Of a stretch of 64,000 bases of DNA, positions 31,547 to 40,006 are shown piece by piece. Position 1 is the first letter of the stretch; each line of letters starts with the position of its first letter. Source of the stretch: an uncultured bacterium. Its GTDB lineage: Bacteria; Babelota; Babeliae; Babelales; Babelaceae. The notes under the pieces are model-generated. The model was not told the origin of the DNA. It searched no databases and saw nothing but the letters and a program-made list of their open reading frames with translations. The stretch is taken from positions 416,001-480,000 of the forward strand of contig CAWKFG010000004.1 of assembly GCA_963848965.1 (NCBI GenBank). The letters run 5' to 3'. The position numbers were made by a program, and so were the translations under genes.

Positions 31547-32734
31547 ATGATTAATAGAGAACTAAACCACTCTTTGGTTAAAGCAGCAAATGAATTTCCT
31601 GTAGTTGCTGTATTGGGCCCACGGCAATCTGGCAAAACAACTTTGGTTCAAACAACTTTCACCGATCATAGGTATGTCTCCTTAGAAGATTTTGACTTGC
31701 GGAACCTAGCAAATCGAGATCCTCGAAGATTTTTACAAGATTACCCTAGTCAAAGCGGCATTATTCTAGATGAAGTACAACATGCTCCCCAGCTTCTTTC
31801 TTATATTCAAACCACAGTCGACCGTGAAAAAAGAAAAGGATATTTTATTCTCACTGGCTCTCAGAATTTGCTAATGAATGAGGCGATAACACAAAGCCTT
31901 GCTGGTAGAATTGCACTTTTAGACCTTTTTCCGCTATCCATAAGTGAACTTGAGCATGCTTCATTACTACCCCAAAAAATAGAAGAGGTTGTTTTTAAAG
32001 GAAGCTATCCCAAAGTTTATGCAGAGGATCTTTCTCCTGAAAAAATATATGCTAATTATATCCGAACCTACATAGAAAGAGACGTTCGTCAAATTAAAAA
32101 TATTACAGATCTTACTCTCTTTCAACGCTTTGTTCAATCATGCGCAGGAAGGACTGGGCAGACACTTAATCTTTCATCATTAGGTAATGATGTGGGAATA
32201 GATCATAAAACAGCACGTGCTTGGCTTTCTGTACTTGAGGCTACCTATATTGTTTTTTTGCTCTACCCTTACTATAAGAATTATGGAAAACGCCTTATTA
32301 AAGCACCTAAACTTTATTTTGTAGATACAGGGATCGCCTGCTCACTTTTAAATATCAGGTCTCCAGAGGTTATAATTGAACACTACATGAGAGGTCATCT
32401 CATTGAGTCTTTTATCATTTCAGATTTATTTAAGCAATACTATAACCTCGATCAAAGGCCATCCTTATATTTTTGGAAAAACCATCAAGGTAATGAAATC
32501 GATTGTATTATAGAGGAAGCCTTATACACAATCCTCATTGAAATTAAAGCAGGTAAAACTATCGCTAGTGATTTTTTCACAGGATTTGGTTATTGGAAAA
32601 ATATAACGAAATCTCCTTCACGTAATTTTGTTATCTATGGCGGTTCAGAAAACCAAAACTGGCCCGAAGCAAAAGTAATAAGCTGGCAATCGTCCGGCAG
32701 CCTGATCAAGAACATTAATAAGGGGCAATTTTGA
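31547..32734 (+). CDS. AAA_14 + DUF4143 ATPase
   Basis: GPRQSGKTT, LDEVQ, LTGSQ, QSLAGR, KLYFVDTG, EID...IEIK; AAGGAG RBS. Confidence 0.9.
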   Translation: MINRELNHSLVKAANEFPVVAVLGPRQSGKTTLVQTTFTDHRYVSLEDFDLRNLANRDPRRFLQDYPSQSGIILDEVQHAPQLLSYIQTTVDREKRKGYFILTGSQNLLMNEAITQSLAGRIALLDLFPLSISELEHASLLPQKIEEVVFKGSYPKVYAEDLSPEKIYANYIRTYIERDVRQIKNITDLTLFQRFVQSCAGRTGQTLNLSSLGNDVGIDHKTARAWLSVLEATYIVFLLYPYYKNYGKRLIKAPKLYFVDTGIACSLLNIRSPEVIIEHYMRGHLIESFIISDLFKQYYNLDQRPSLYFWKNHQGNEIDCIIEEALYTILIEIKAGKTIASDFFTGFGYWKNITKSPSRNFVIYGGSENQNWPEAKVISWQSSGSLIKNINKGQF

Positions 32735-32825
32735 AAACAAAAAGCCTTCAATAATTCATTGAAAAGCGATTAAGTAAAGTCTAAGCTGCTGAGATTTAAG
32801 AACTGTCTGGCGTTCTAAAGAAATT

Positions 32826-32856
32826 TACTGTCCCCTGCTATGCATATTTCGGAACC
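32826..32856 (+). repeat. att-like site R7
   Basis: TACTGTCCCCTGCTATGCATATTTCGGAACC. Confidence 0.88.
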
Positions 32857-32966
32857 GAGAACTTGAATTTGAGGTTGATCTTAAAGATATCAAACACTAT
32901 TTTACACTATAAAGCTCAGCAACTGCTTGCTATGTTTCTAGACAGTTAATCTTGCACTTTTGGTTA

Positions 32967-33791
32967 CTACTTCCCACCAGATATCTCTTTCCTAGATTTC
33001 CAAGGTTTTCCTGGTAGTAGGCTTACCAATTGCTCACTAACCATTTGGAATGCCTCATTTGAAGACCATATTGATTGATCAGCAATCAAATGTACTATAT
33101 CATTTTGAAAATCAGGATTTTGTTGTTTTTCAAATAAGTTCTTTTCAAACTCCGCGCGAGTAATTGATAGCCCTTCATTACCGCAATACTTTTTAAAGAT
33201 ACTTATTACAGCTTCACAATCAATTAACTCTTTTTTCAAGACAAACCATATATCATAAAGATCTCTTCCTTTACTTCTTTGATATAATGCTCTTAACTTT
33301 GTTCCAATAAGTTCATTAAGCTGGTAAGTTTTAATAGCTGACTTACCAGAAAACCATGTGCTCGCTATAGCAAACTCATAATCTATTAAATCATAAACAC
33401 TAAAATGTTCTGTTGTGTTTATTTCGATTTTTAGTTTGCGCTGTATATTATCGATAGAGCTATATTGATAGGTTAACTTAGCACTTCTGTTAGTAAGTTT
33501 GCCCTTAGGCTGCCCCAACCAAGACAAAGCGGTACGGATCTCGAGAATAAGCGGCCCTATAGGTTGAGAGGTAATTTGAACAAGATCAATATCCTCACTA
33601 TAACGCAATGGAGGCTTAAAAAATAACTTATTAAGAGCTGTTCCTCCTCTAAAAACTAAATTTTCCCTAATTTTTTCACGCTCATATAAGTTTATTAACG
33701 CTCGACTGATAATTAAATCCTGCTCTACTTGATAATCAGCTATCCATGGTACATGCTGTCGCCATTCTGATAAGTAAAAAGTTTCAATCAT
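32967..33791 (-). CDS. abiEii: AbiEii-family nucleotidyltransferase toxin (type IV TA)
   Basis: EQDLII, FRGGTALNK, RYSEDIDL, KLRAL..R.KGRDLYD. Confidence 0.9.
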   Translation of the reverse strand: MIETFYLSEWRQHVPWIADYQVEQDLIISRALINLYEREKIRENLVFRGGTALNKLFFKPPLRYSEDIDLVQITSQPIGPLILEIRTALSWLGQPKGKLTNRSAKLTYQYSSIDNIQRKLKIEINTTEHFSVYDLIDYEFAIASTWFSGKSAIKTYQLNELIGTKLRALYQRSKGRDLYDIWFVLKKELIDCEAVISIFKKYCGNEGLSITRAEFEKNLFEKQQNPDFQNDIVHLIADQSIWSSNEAFQMVSEQLVSLLPGKPWKSRKEISGGK

Positions 33792-34582
33792 ATATCACCT
33801 TCTAGCTTGGTGTTTTCAATGATTTTCCAAGTTTCATTTCTTTTTGCTTTACTGAGTTTTGCCTTAAGGCCAGTATGAAGCATCACATAATTAACTCTTG
33901 GTTGTTTTGACAAGTGCTCTTTTATTACGCTTGCCAGGTTTTTTGCTCCAATAAATTCCAAAATATAACCTAGGCGTTGTTTCCAAGGAGTTCCAGGTAG
34001 GTTCTCTATAACTGATTTTAGCCCTTCCTCGGTCATGCTTTCTTTAAGCTCAGCAAGAATTGTGGTTATATTGTTTAAGCCACCACTTTGTTTTACAAAT
34101 TTAATAAGATCTACTGCTGTAGCTTCTGGACTTGAAACCCTAAGTTTACTCTTCAGCGTAGAGAACCAAGTAACAGGAACCTTTTCAATCTCTTGGTTCT
34201 TGATAAAGTTAATTTTAACCTTACCGCAAACTACAGAGCGCAATTTCTTTTCAGTAACTACTTGAAAAACCTGAGGAGCTTGATGTGATGCTCCGTAATA
34301 GCTAGCGGCTGTAATTAAACCTGCATAGTACTTATACCCTAAGTATTCCATTAAATAGGGAATAAACTGATCAGCGGGAATACACTCAAGAATCTTATAT
34401 TCCGGTGGTATTATCACGTAAAACCCTTTTACTGGACTAACGATTTCTCCTTTACCAATAAGGCGAGAAATGGCATGAAGTATAGCATTCCTAGATTTAT
34501 TGAGCTCTTTATAAGCACTATTTATAGTAAAGTAGCATCTACCATAGGCAACTTGCTTGTTTAAATATTCCTTAATCTTCAT
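33788..34582 (-). CDS. abiEi: AbiEi-family antitoxin
   Basis: GFYVIIPPEY, YYAGLITAA.YYGASHQAPQ, SSPEATAVD; 4-nt overlap with abiEii. Confidence 0.88.
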   Translation of the reverse strand: MKIKEYLNKQVAYGRCYFTINSAYKELNKSRNAILHAISRLIGKGEIVSPVKGFYVIIPPEYKILECIPADQFIPYLMEYLGYKYYAGLITAASYYGASHQAPQVFQVVTEKKLRSVVCGKVKINFIKNQEIEKVPVTWFSTLKSKLRVSSPEATAVDLIKFVKQSGGLNNITTILAELKESMTEEGLKSVIENLPGTPWKQRLGYILEFIGAKNLASVIKEHLSKQPRVNYVMLHTGLKAKLSKAKRNETWKIIENTKLEGDI

Positions 34583-34603
34583 AATTAACAAATTCATTTT
34601 AAT

Positions 34604-34626
34604 AAAATGCCTAAAATCGGCATTTT
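34604..34626. promoter_or_regulatory. Inverted repeat upstream of abiEi, candidate autorepression operator
   Basis: AAAATGCC-N7-GGCATTTT. Confidence 0.5.
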
Positions 34627-35002
34627 GTGCAAACAAAAACGAAGCTAATACTATAATACTTTATGGGCTAAATTTGTCAAAAAATACTCAAAAGTACGCG
34701 TTCCTTAACCCTCTTAGGAGAAAATAAGTAGCTTTTGCTGAATGATTTAAGAACCGAAAATTTTATCTTTGCAACGTCGAAGAAATAATAATTTTAACAA
34801 GCCAGATCTTACATTACCTAGATGTTCATGAAAAAAGCAATTTTACAAAATATCAGCACTTTAGCAATAAAGCTTCATATTTAATAAATATGCATTAAAG
34901 CGCTTCACGAAGACCTTATACTATAATTATATAGTGAATTACATTGAACTGATCTAGTTTCTAAAGAAGGTTGGTGTCCCCTGCTTGTATATTGAAATTA
35001 TG

Positions 35003-35162
35003 TTCCTAAATTTGAGACGTTAAGTTTAGGAAAGCTAGCAGGAGCCTGTTCCCCTGCCTGGTTTTTAAAACCGAGTGTCAACTTAGGACCTGCTAGCATA
35101 TATAGTACAGCTCGAACAATCGAGTGGGACAAGGATCCCGTATACAAAACCGAGGCACTATA
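35003..35162 (+). ncRNA. Bridge RNA of the IS110 element
   Basis: 5' stem-loop; target loop with CCCCTGC; donor loop with ACAATCG and TATACAA. Confidence 0.85.
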
Positions 35163-36106
35163 TGAATACTATATCACATATTTTTGTCGGCATCGATATC
35201 TCTAAAAAATTTTTAGATATTCACTTACATCCTGTGGCTAAAGACTTTAGAGTTGCTAACTCACAAGCTGGAATCAATAAACTCATTCAAGTACTTTCTG
35301 CTTATACTGTCGTACAGATCGTTTTTGAGTCTTCTGGTGGTTACGATTTCCTTCTCAAGCAAGAACTTAGCATTAATAATTATAATGCTTGGCAAGTTCA
35401 GCCTAGACGCATTAGAGCCTTCATCATCTCTGAAGGCATTAAGGCTAAAACTGATAAAATTGATGCTCAAATGATTGCTCTCTTTGCTTCTCAAAAACGG
35501 CCTAAATATCATGAGATTATTCGTTCTCAAGACGAGCTAAAGCTCTGTGCTCTCGTCAAATTCAGGACTAACATTGTCCGAAACATTGTTCAAGAAACCA
35601 ATAAATTGCAGCATCCTCAACAAGTTTACTGTAAAAATTTTCTTGAAGCTCATATCTCCTTTATGGAAAGACAGTTACAGGAAGTTGAACAAGAAATTGA
35701 ACAGCTGATCCAAGACAATGAATCTCTTAATAAAAAATGCCATATTATTGAGTCTATGCCTGGTATCGGCAAAGTCACTGCCTGCTCTTTGCTTGCAGAA
35801 ATGCCTGAGCTTGGCAAAGTCGGTAATAAGCAAATAGCCGCTATTCTAGGTGTAGCACCTTTTATTAAGCAAAGTGGTGGATCTAAAGGCACTGCATCAA
35901 TTAGCGGTGGTAGACAAGCTACCCGTGATATCCTTTATATGGCTACATTAGCAGTTATCAGATTTAATCCTGCACTTAAATGCTTTTATAAACGGCTACG
36001 CACTGTTGGTAAAAAAGCTAAAGTTGCTCTCATTGCTGTTATGCGAAAGGTTATTGGTATTTTAAATGTTATGGTTCGAAAAGGAGAACAATGGCAAACT
36101 ACTTAA
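35162..36106 (+). CDS. IS110-family DEDD recombinase
   Basis: GIDISK, FESSGGY, KTDKIDA, PGIG, QSG. Confidence 0.95.
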   Translation: MNTISHIFVGIDISKKFLDIHLHPVAKDFRVANSQAGINKLIQVLSAYTVVQIVFESSGGYDFLLKQELSINNYNAWQVQPRRIRAFIISEGIKAKTDKIDAQMIALFASQKRPKYHEIIRSQDELKLCALVKFRTNIVRNIVQETNKLQHPQQVYCKNFLEAHISFMERQLQEVEQEIEQLIQDNESLNKKCHIIESMPGIGKVTACSLLAEMPELGKVGNKQIAAILGVAPFIKQSGGSKGTASISGGRQATRDILYMATLAVIRFNPALKCFYKRLRTVGKKAKVALIAVMRKVIGILNVMVRKGEQWQTT

Positions 36107-36318
36107 AATAATTTTTAAACTTGTTGACTTTTAACACAATCGTTTACATGTTTCGGAACCGGAAGCTCATTTTTGAATTTGATCTTAAAGATATTCAATC
36201 AATCATTGCTTCATACAATTTTAGCTTATATTGAAAACTTATATAATAAGCTTTCGATGGTTTACTTCTTCTAGGTATCAGCATTAGAAGGATAAAAAAG
36301 GTAAAACTTCTAGGGATT

Positions 36319-37305
36319 TTACTCTTTTGCGCCATATTTTTTAAGTAACTCTACTATATCTGAATGACCTTTTTCTGTAGCAAGCATTAAAGCAGTTTCG
36401 CCAAACCTATTTCGTACATTAACTTCAGCACCTTTAGCTAAGAGCATTTGAACTATATCTTTATGGCCACCTCGTGTAGCATGCATTAAAACAGTACTTG
36501 TATACAGATCTTTAGCATTAACATCAGCACCAGCCTTAATCAGAAGTTCTACTACCTCTTTATGACCATTTCTTGCAGCGTCCATTAAAGCGGTAAATCC
36601 CACAATATTATCTCGAGCGTTAATATCAGCACCAGCTTGTATAAGCATTTCTACTATTTCTTTATAGCCTTTCACTGCGGGCCTCTTTAAAGCACTATAA
36701 TTATCTTTAGTTTTAACGCCAATGTTAGCATCAGCCCCTTTCTCTAGAAGCAACGCTACAATTTCTCTATAGCCGTTTTGTGCAGCATAATACAAGGCAG
36801 TGCAGCCAAACATTTCCTCTTGAGTATCAATATCACTAATACCTTTACTTAAAATATCTCTTACTTTTTCAATATTTCCCTTTCCAGACGCTTCAATAAG
36901 CCTTAAAGCATTAGGATGTAGCTCTAGCAATTTTTGTGCACTTTGAACTCCACGATTTTCAAGGTCTTTTAGTATCCAATTGGGTTTATATTGTCGAGCA
37001 TACGCTTTTCGTTTTAACTCATTGAGAAGGAATCTCACAAGATCTACATTATCAAATAAGGCTTTATAGTTTTCATTCCTTGCCAATTCTTCTATTTTCT
37101 TAAGAGCTTCAGAAAATGTTTTTGATGACTCTAGAGTTTCTTTGATACTACACTCTAAAGCCTCTCTGATTTTATTATATACTACAAAATGGTTCAGCTC
37201 TTTCCTCAGCTCTTGCGGCAAGTATTCTAGATAACTCTTTTGCTTTTGCATCCCAAGACCAGACGTAAAAAATCCTAACAATAAGATAACTATTACCTTT
37301 TTCAT
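36319..37305 (-). CDS. Ankyrin repeat protein with signal peptide
   Basis: About six ankyrin repeats; GMQK after signal; YLPQEL motif. Confidence 0.92.
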   Translation of the reverse strand: MKKVIVILLLGFFTSGLGMQKQKSYLEYLPQELRKELNHFVVYNKIREALECSIKETLESSKTFSEALKKIEELARNENYKALFDNVDLVRFLLNELKRKAYARQYKPNWILKDLENRGVQSAQKLLELHPNALRLIEASGKGNIEKVRDILSKGISDIDTQEEMFGCTALYYAAQNGYREIVALLLEKGADANIGVKTKDNYSALKRPAVKGYKEIVEMLIQAGADINARDNIVGFTALMDAARNGHKEVVELLIKAGADVNAKDLYTSTVLMHATRGGHKDIVQMLLAKGAEVNVRNRFGETALMLATEKGHSDIVELLKKYGAKE

Positions 37306-37550
37306 GCTTAATTTTCTTTCCAATATTTTTACTGTTATGATTTTATTATAGTTCATAAAGGCACAAGATTCAACTAGCAATTAACTTCTAATGTTAAAAA
37401 GAATAAAACCTTATGCGTTCTAGTTGATTTTAAGAAACAAGCTAGATAAAGGATCTTTCATTAAGCATACGATACAAAATACTCAAATTAGTGATCTTTG
37501 ATGTAAGCCTATGCTAGAAATGTTTTTCTATTCAAGGTTCTAAAGAATAT

Positions 37551-37581
37551 TGGTGTCCCCTGCTATACATGTTTCTGAACC
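37551..37581 (+). repeat. att-like site R9
   Basis: TGGTGTCCCCTGCTATACATGTTTCTGAACC. Confidence 0.92.
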
Positions 37582-37663
37582 AAAAGCTTGAATTTGAGAC
37601 CTGTTTAGATGATATCAAACAGTTTTATCTAGCCTTCAACATTTAGTAAAGTAATTTTTAATA

Positions 37664-38239
37664 TCAAGATCTAGCAAAAGCTAGTAACTTTGAATAATCA
37701 CCTTTGTCTGCATATTGTAATGCTTCAATATATAGTTTCCTAACAGGAGACGAGTTATATAAACTTTGATTTAAACCCCAACTAAAGCGATCATAACCTT
37801 GTTGTGTTATGAGCACATCAGCCATTAATCGAGCATGCCTTCCATTACCGTTAGGAAAGGGATGAATCCATACCAATTTATAATGAAGTCTGATTGCTAT
37901 CTCTTCTTTAGAGAAGGACTCATGTAGCAATTGGTAACTAACGTCATCACACAATTTTCTAACTTCCACAGGAATCAAATACCAACTAATACCAAGGTTT
38001 TTCTCAGTCTTACGAAACTTGCCTGCCCACTTCCATGTTTGATTAAACATATGCTTATGCAGCTGCTGTATAAATTCAACAGATAAAATACCATGTTGTT
38101 TAAATGCCCATTGTTGAGCCTTGAGAATATTTTTTTCTTCCCAAGCATTCAACTCTTCCTGAGTAGTAATATGTACAGGTAGTAAATCAGCTAACTCGCC
38201 AGGATCAATTGGTGTCGCACCCTCAGGATAATTAAACAT
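37664..38239 (-). CDS. Fic-domain protein (mobile mystery protein B type)
   Basis: GATPID, ELNAWE, WKWAGKFR, HPFPNGNGRHARL. Confidence 0.9.
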   Translation of the reverse strand: MFNYPEGATPIDPGELADLLPVHITTQEELNAWEEKNILKAQQWAFKQHGILSVEFIQQLHKHMFNQTWKWAGKFRKTEKNLGISWYLIPVEVRKLCDDVSYQLLHESFSKEEIAIRLHYKLVWIHPFPNGNGRHARLMADVLITQQGYDRFSWGLNQSLYNSSPVRKLYIEALQYADKGDYSKLLAFARS

Positions 38240-38705
38240 GACCTTTATCCCATAAGTTTCTTGGGTTACCTTGTAACAGCTCTTCAACTAAAGCATCTTC
38301 CTGTTGCTTTAATTGCTTTGGATTTAAACTTTGCTGTTCCAATCCCATTGAATGATTTATTAATTTTATCTGTTTTTGCGCTACAGTTCTAGCTTGATCT
38401 TCAAGTATCTGATCGAGTGGCTTTAAAGGCACAAGGCAATAAACCAGCTTACAGTTCATAGCAGCTGCAGCCTGTTCAAGAGTCTTTAAGTTAATAGTTC
38501 CTTTTTGTTCACTCTGTTCCATAGCAATAATGTTAGACTGGCTACATCCAACCTTTTGAGATAAGGCGTAACTTGAAAGTCCTAATGATTCACGTATAGC
38601 CCGTATCCATCCCTTTTTAGGAGGTGGCTTTTTAGTGAGTTCTAAAAACTTACTTGTAGTCTCTTGAAGTTGCTCTCGCATTAACTTTCTAAAGATATTT
38701 GTCAT
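38232..38705 (-). CDS. HTH protein (mobile mystery protein A type)
   Basis: PKKGWIRAIRESLG...L..AA.AM.CKLVY...HSMGLEQQ. Confidence 0.88.
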   Translation of the reverse strand: MTNIFRKLMREQLQETTSKFLELTKKPPPKKGWIRAIRESLGLSSYALSQKVGCSQSNIIAMEQSEQKGTINLKTLEQAAAAMNCKLVYCLVPLKPLDQILEDQARTVAQKQIKLINHSMGLEQQSLNPKQLKQQEDALVEELLQGNPRNLWDKGHV

Positions 38706-38970
38706 ACATAATAACCTATAATTTATCAAATCATCTAAAATTAATCAATTATAGCTTATCAAAATTGGATAAAAAAATCAATTAAAATTGATTAAAATTT
38801 CGTCGAAACTATACTAAGGATACGTAGTAAAGCACTATATTCTTGTAAGAGTGACAAATTTACTTAGAGATTAACTTGAAAGTACTTAGTTGTAGATATA
38901 GCACGATATGTCAAACTAAGTTAAACTATTATTGTATAATAATTCTTCGTTTTAATGTGAATTGATAGGC

Positions 38971-39816
38971 ATGAACTATAAAAATAAAAGTATGATCAAA
39001 TATGGTGCAATTGGTATCATAATCATATTAGTTGGAGTATGGTTATTTACTTATTTGGCAGCCCCTATAAAAACTATACATTCTTTTAATGAAATTAACT
39101 TTAATAAAATAAAGCCTGGCACACTCGTAATTTTTGATGTCGATGAGACGCTTATCCAACCTCTAGATAGCTATTATATAAATGAACATACGCCTCAAGC
39201 CCACGAATTTAGAAAAAAGTTATTTATGAAGCACCCAGAAATTAAAAATTGGGATATCTATGCCGATATTACTCTTAAGGAAGTAAAGCGGCCATTAATT
39301 GAGCCAATGGTTATTTCCAAAATAAAAGAATTAGAAGGGAAAGGAGTCTATGTTATTGCCTGTACCGCTATGAATACAGGCAAATTTGGAACTTTAGAAA
39401 GACTGGAAGCATGGCGCTATGAACATCTTGCATCATTAGGATTTCAAGGACATTTTGGAGATTTAATTATAGACTTATCTTTAGAAAATCGAAAGCCTGT
39501 ATTTTATAAAGGAATCTTGGCAACTGATTTATTAACTAAAGGACTAGTAGTTTTCGCTTTTCTCGATCACATTCACCTTATACCCAAAGAAATTGTTATG
39601 GTTGATGATAGCATAGAATTTTTAGAATCAATGCTCCAAGAATGCAAAAAAAGAAATATCTCTTATCAAGGATATTTGTATCAAGGAGCTCGTCAAAAAT
39701 TTTGGGATAAAAAGTTAATTGAGTTTCAGTCAGAGTATCTTATTAAACATAAGAAATGGTTAAGTGATAATGAAGCTCGAGCAATTTTAGCAAAGTCGTC
39801 TCAATCAATGCTTTAA
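38971..39816 (+). CDS. HAD-like DUF2608-type protein with N-terminal TM segment
   Basis: IFDVDETL, CTA, KG, MVDDS. Confidence 0.75.
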   Translation: MNYKNKSMIKYGAIGIIIILVGVWLFTYLAAPIKTIHSFNEINFNKIKPGTLVIFDVDETLIQPLDSYYINEHTPQAHEFRKKLFMKHPEIKNWDIYADITLKEVKRPLIEPMVISKIKELEGKGVYVIACTAMNTGKFGTLERLEAWRYEHLASLGFQGHFGDLIIDLSLENRKPVFYKGILATDLLTKGLVVFAFLDHIHLIPKEIVMVDDSIEFLESMLQECKKRNISYQGYLYQGARQKFWDKKLIEFQSEYLIKHKKWLSDNEARAILAKSSQSML

Positions 39817-39878
39817 TTAGGGACTTTTATACATTCCAATAACTAATATAATTATACAATCGCGATTCTAAACGAAGC

Positions 39879-39955
39879 TGGTGTGCCCGGTAGGATTCGA
39901 ACCTACGACCTACGGATTAGAAATCCGTTGCTCTATCCAGCTGAGCTACGGGCAC
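39879..39955 (-). tRNA. tRNA-Arg(TCT)
   Basis: 77-nt cloverleaf GTGCCCG...TTTCTAA...GGTTCGAATCC...CGGGCACACCA. Confidence 0.96.
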
Positions 39956-40006
39956 TTCAAGATGTTTTTAGTATACCTATTTATCCTCGTTCACGCAAGA
40001 TTATTA

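Larger units (their letters stand above)
34987..36144 (+). mobile_element. IS110-family element (1158 bp, TT core)
   Basis: Ends defined by the interrupted repeat; TT on both sides; noncoding left end and DEDD recombinase. Confidence 0.92.
34972..36160 (+). repeat. att-like site R8 split by IS110 (halves 34972-34986 and 36145-36160)
   Basis: Joining the halves gives TGGTGTCCCCTGCTT|TACATGTTTCGGAACC, exactly 31 bp. Confidence 0.92.
19229..39955. mobile_element. tRNA-Arg-anchored island made of tandem att-delimited cassettes; left limit uncertain
   Basis: Nine direct att-like repeats sharing their left arm with the tRNA 3' end and flank; accessory cargo between them. Confidence 0.8.

Noticed and set aside
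19229..37581. 31-bp repeats as a CRISPR array
   Set aside because: Spacing is 1.3-3.8 kb with whole genes between; no cas genes
19229..37581. Repeats as classical integron attC sites
   Set aside because: No RYYYAAC...GTTRRRY hairpin, no intI, cargo genes on both strands, and clear link to the tRNA end
19229..37581. Repeats as tRNA genes
   Set aside because: Only the last few nt and a GGTTC.GAA likeness match; no cloverleaf
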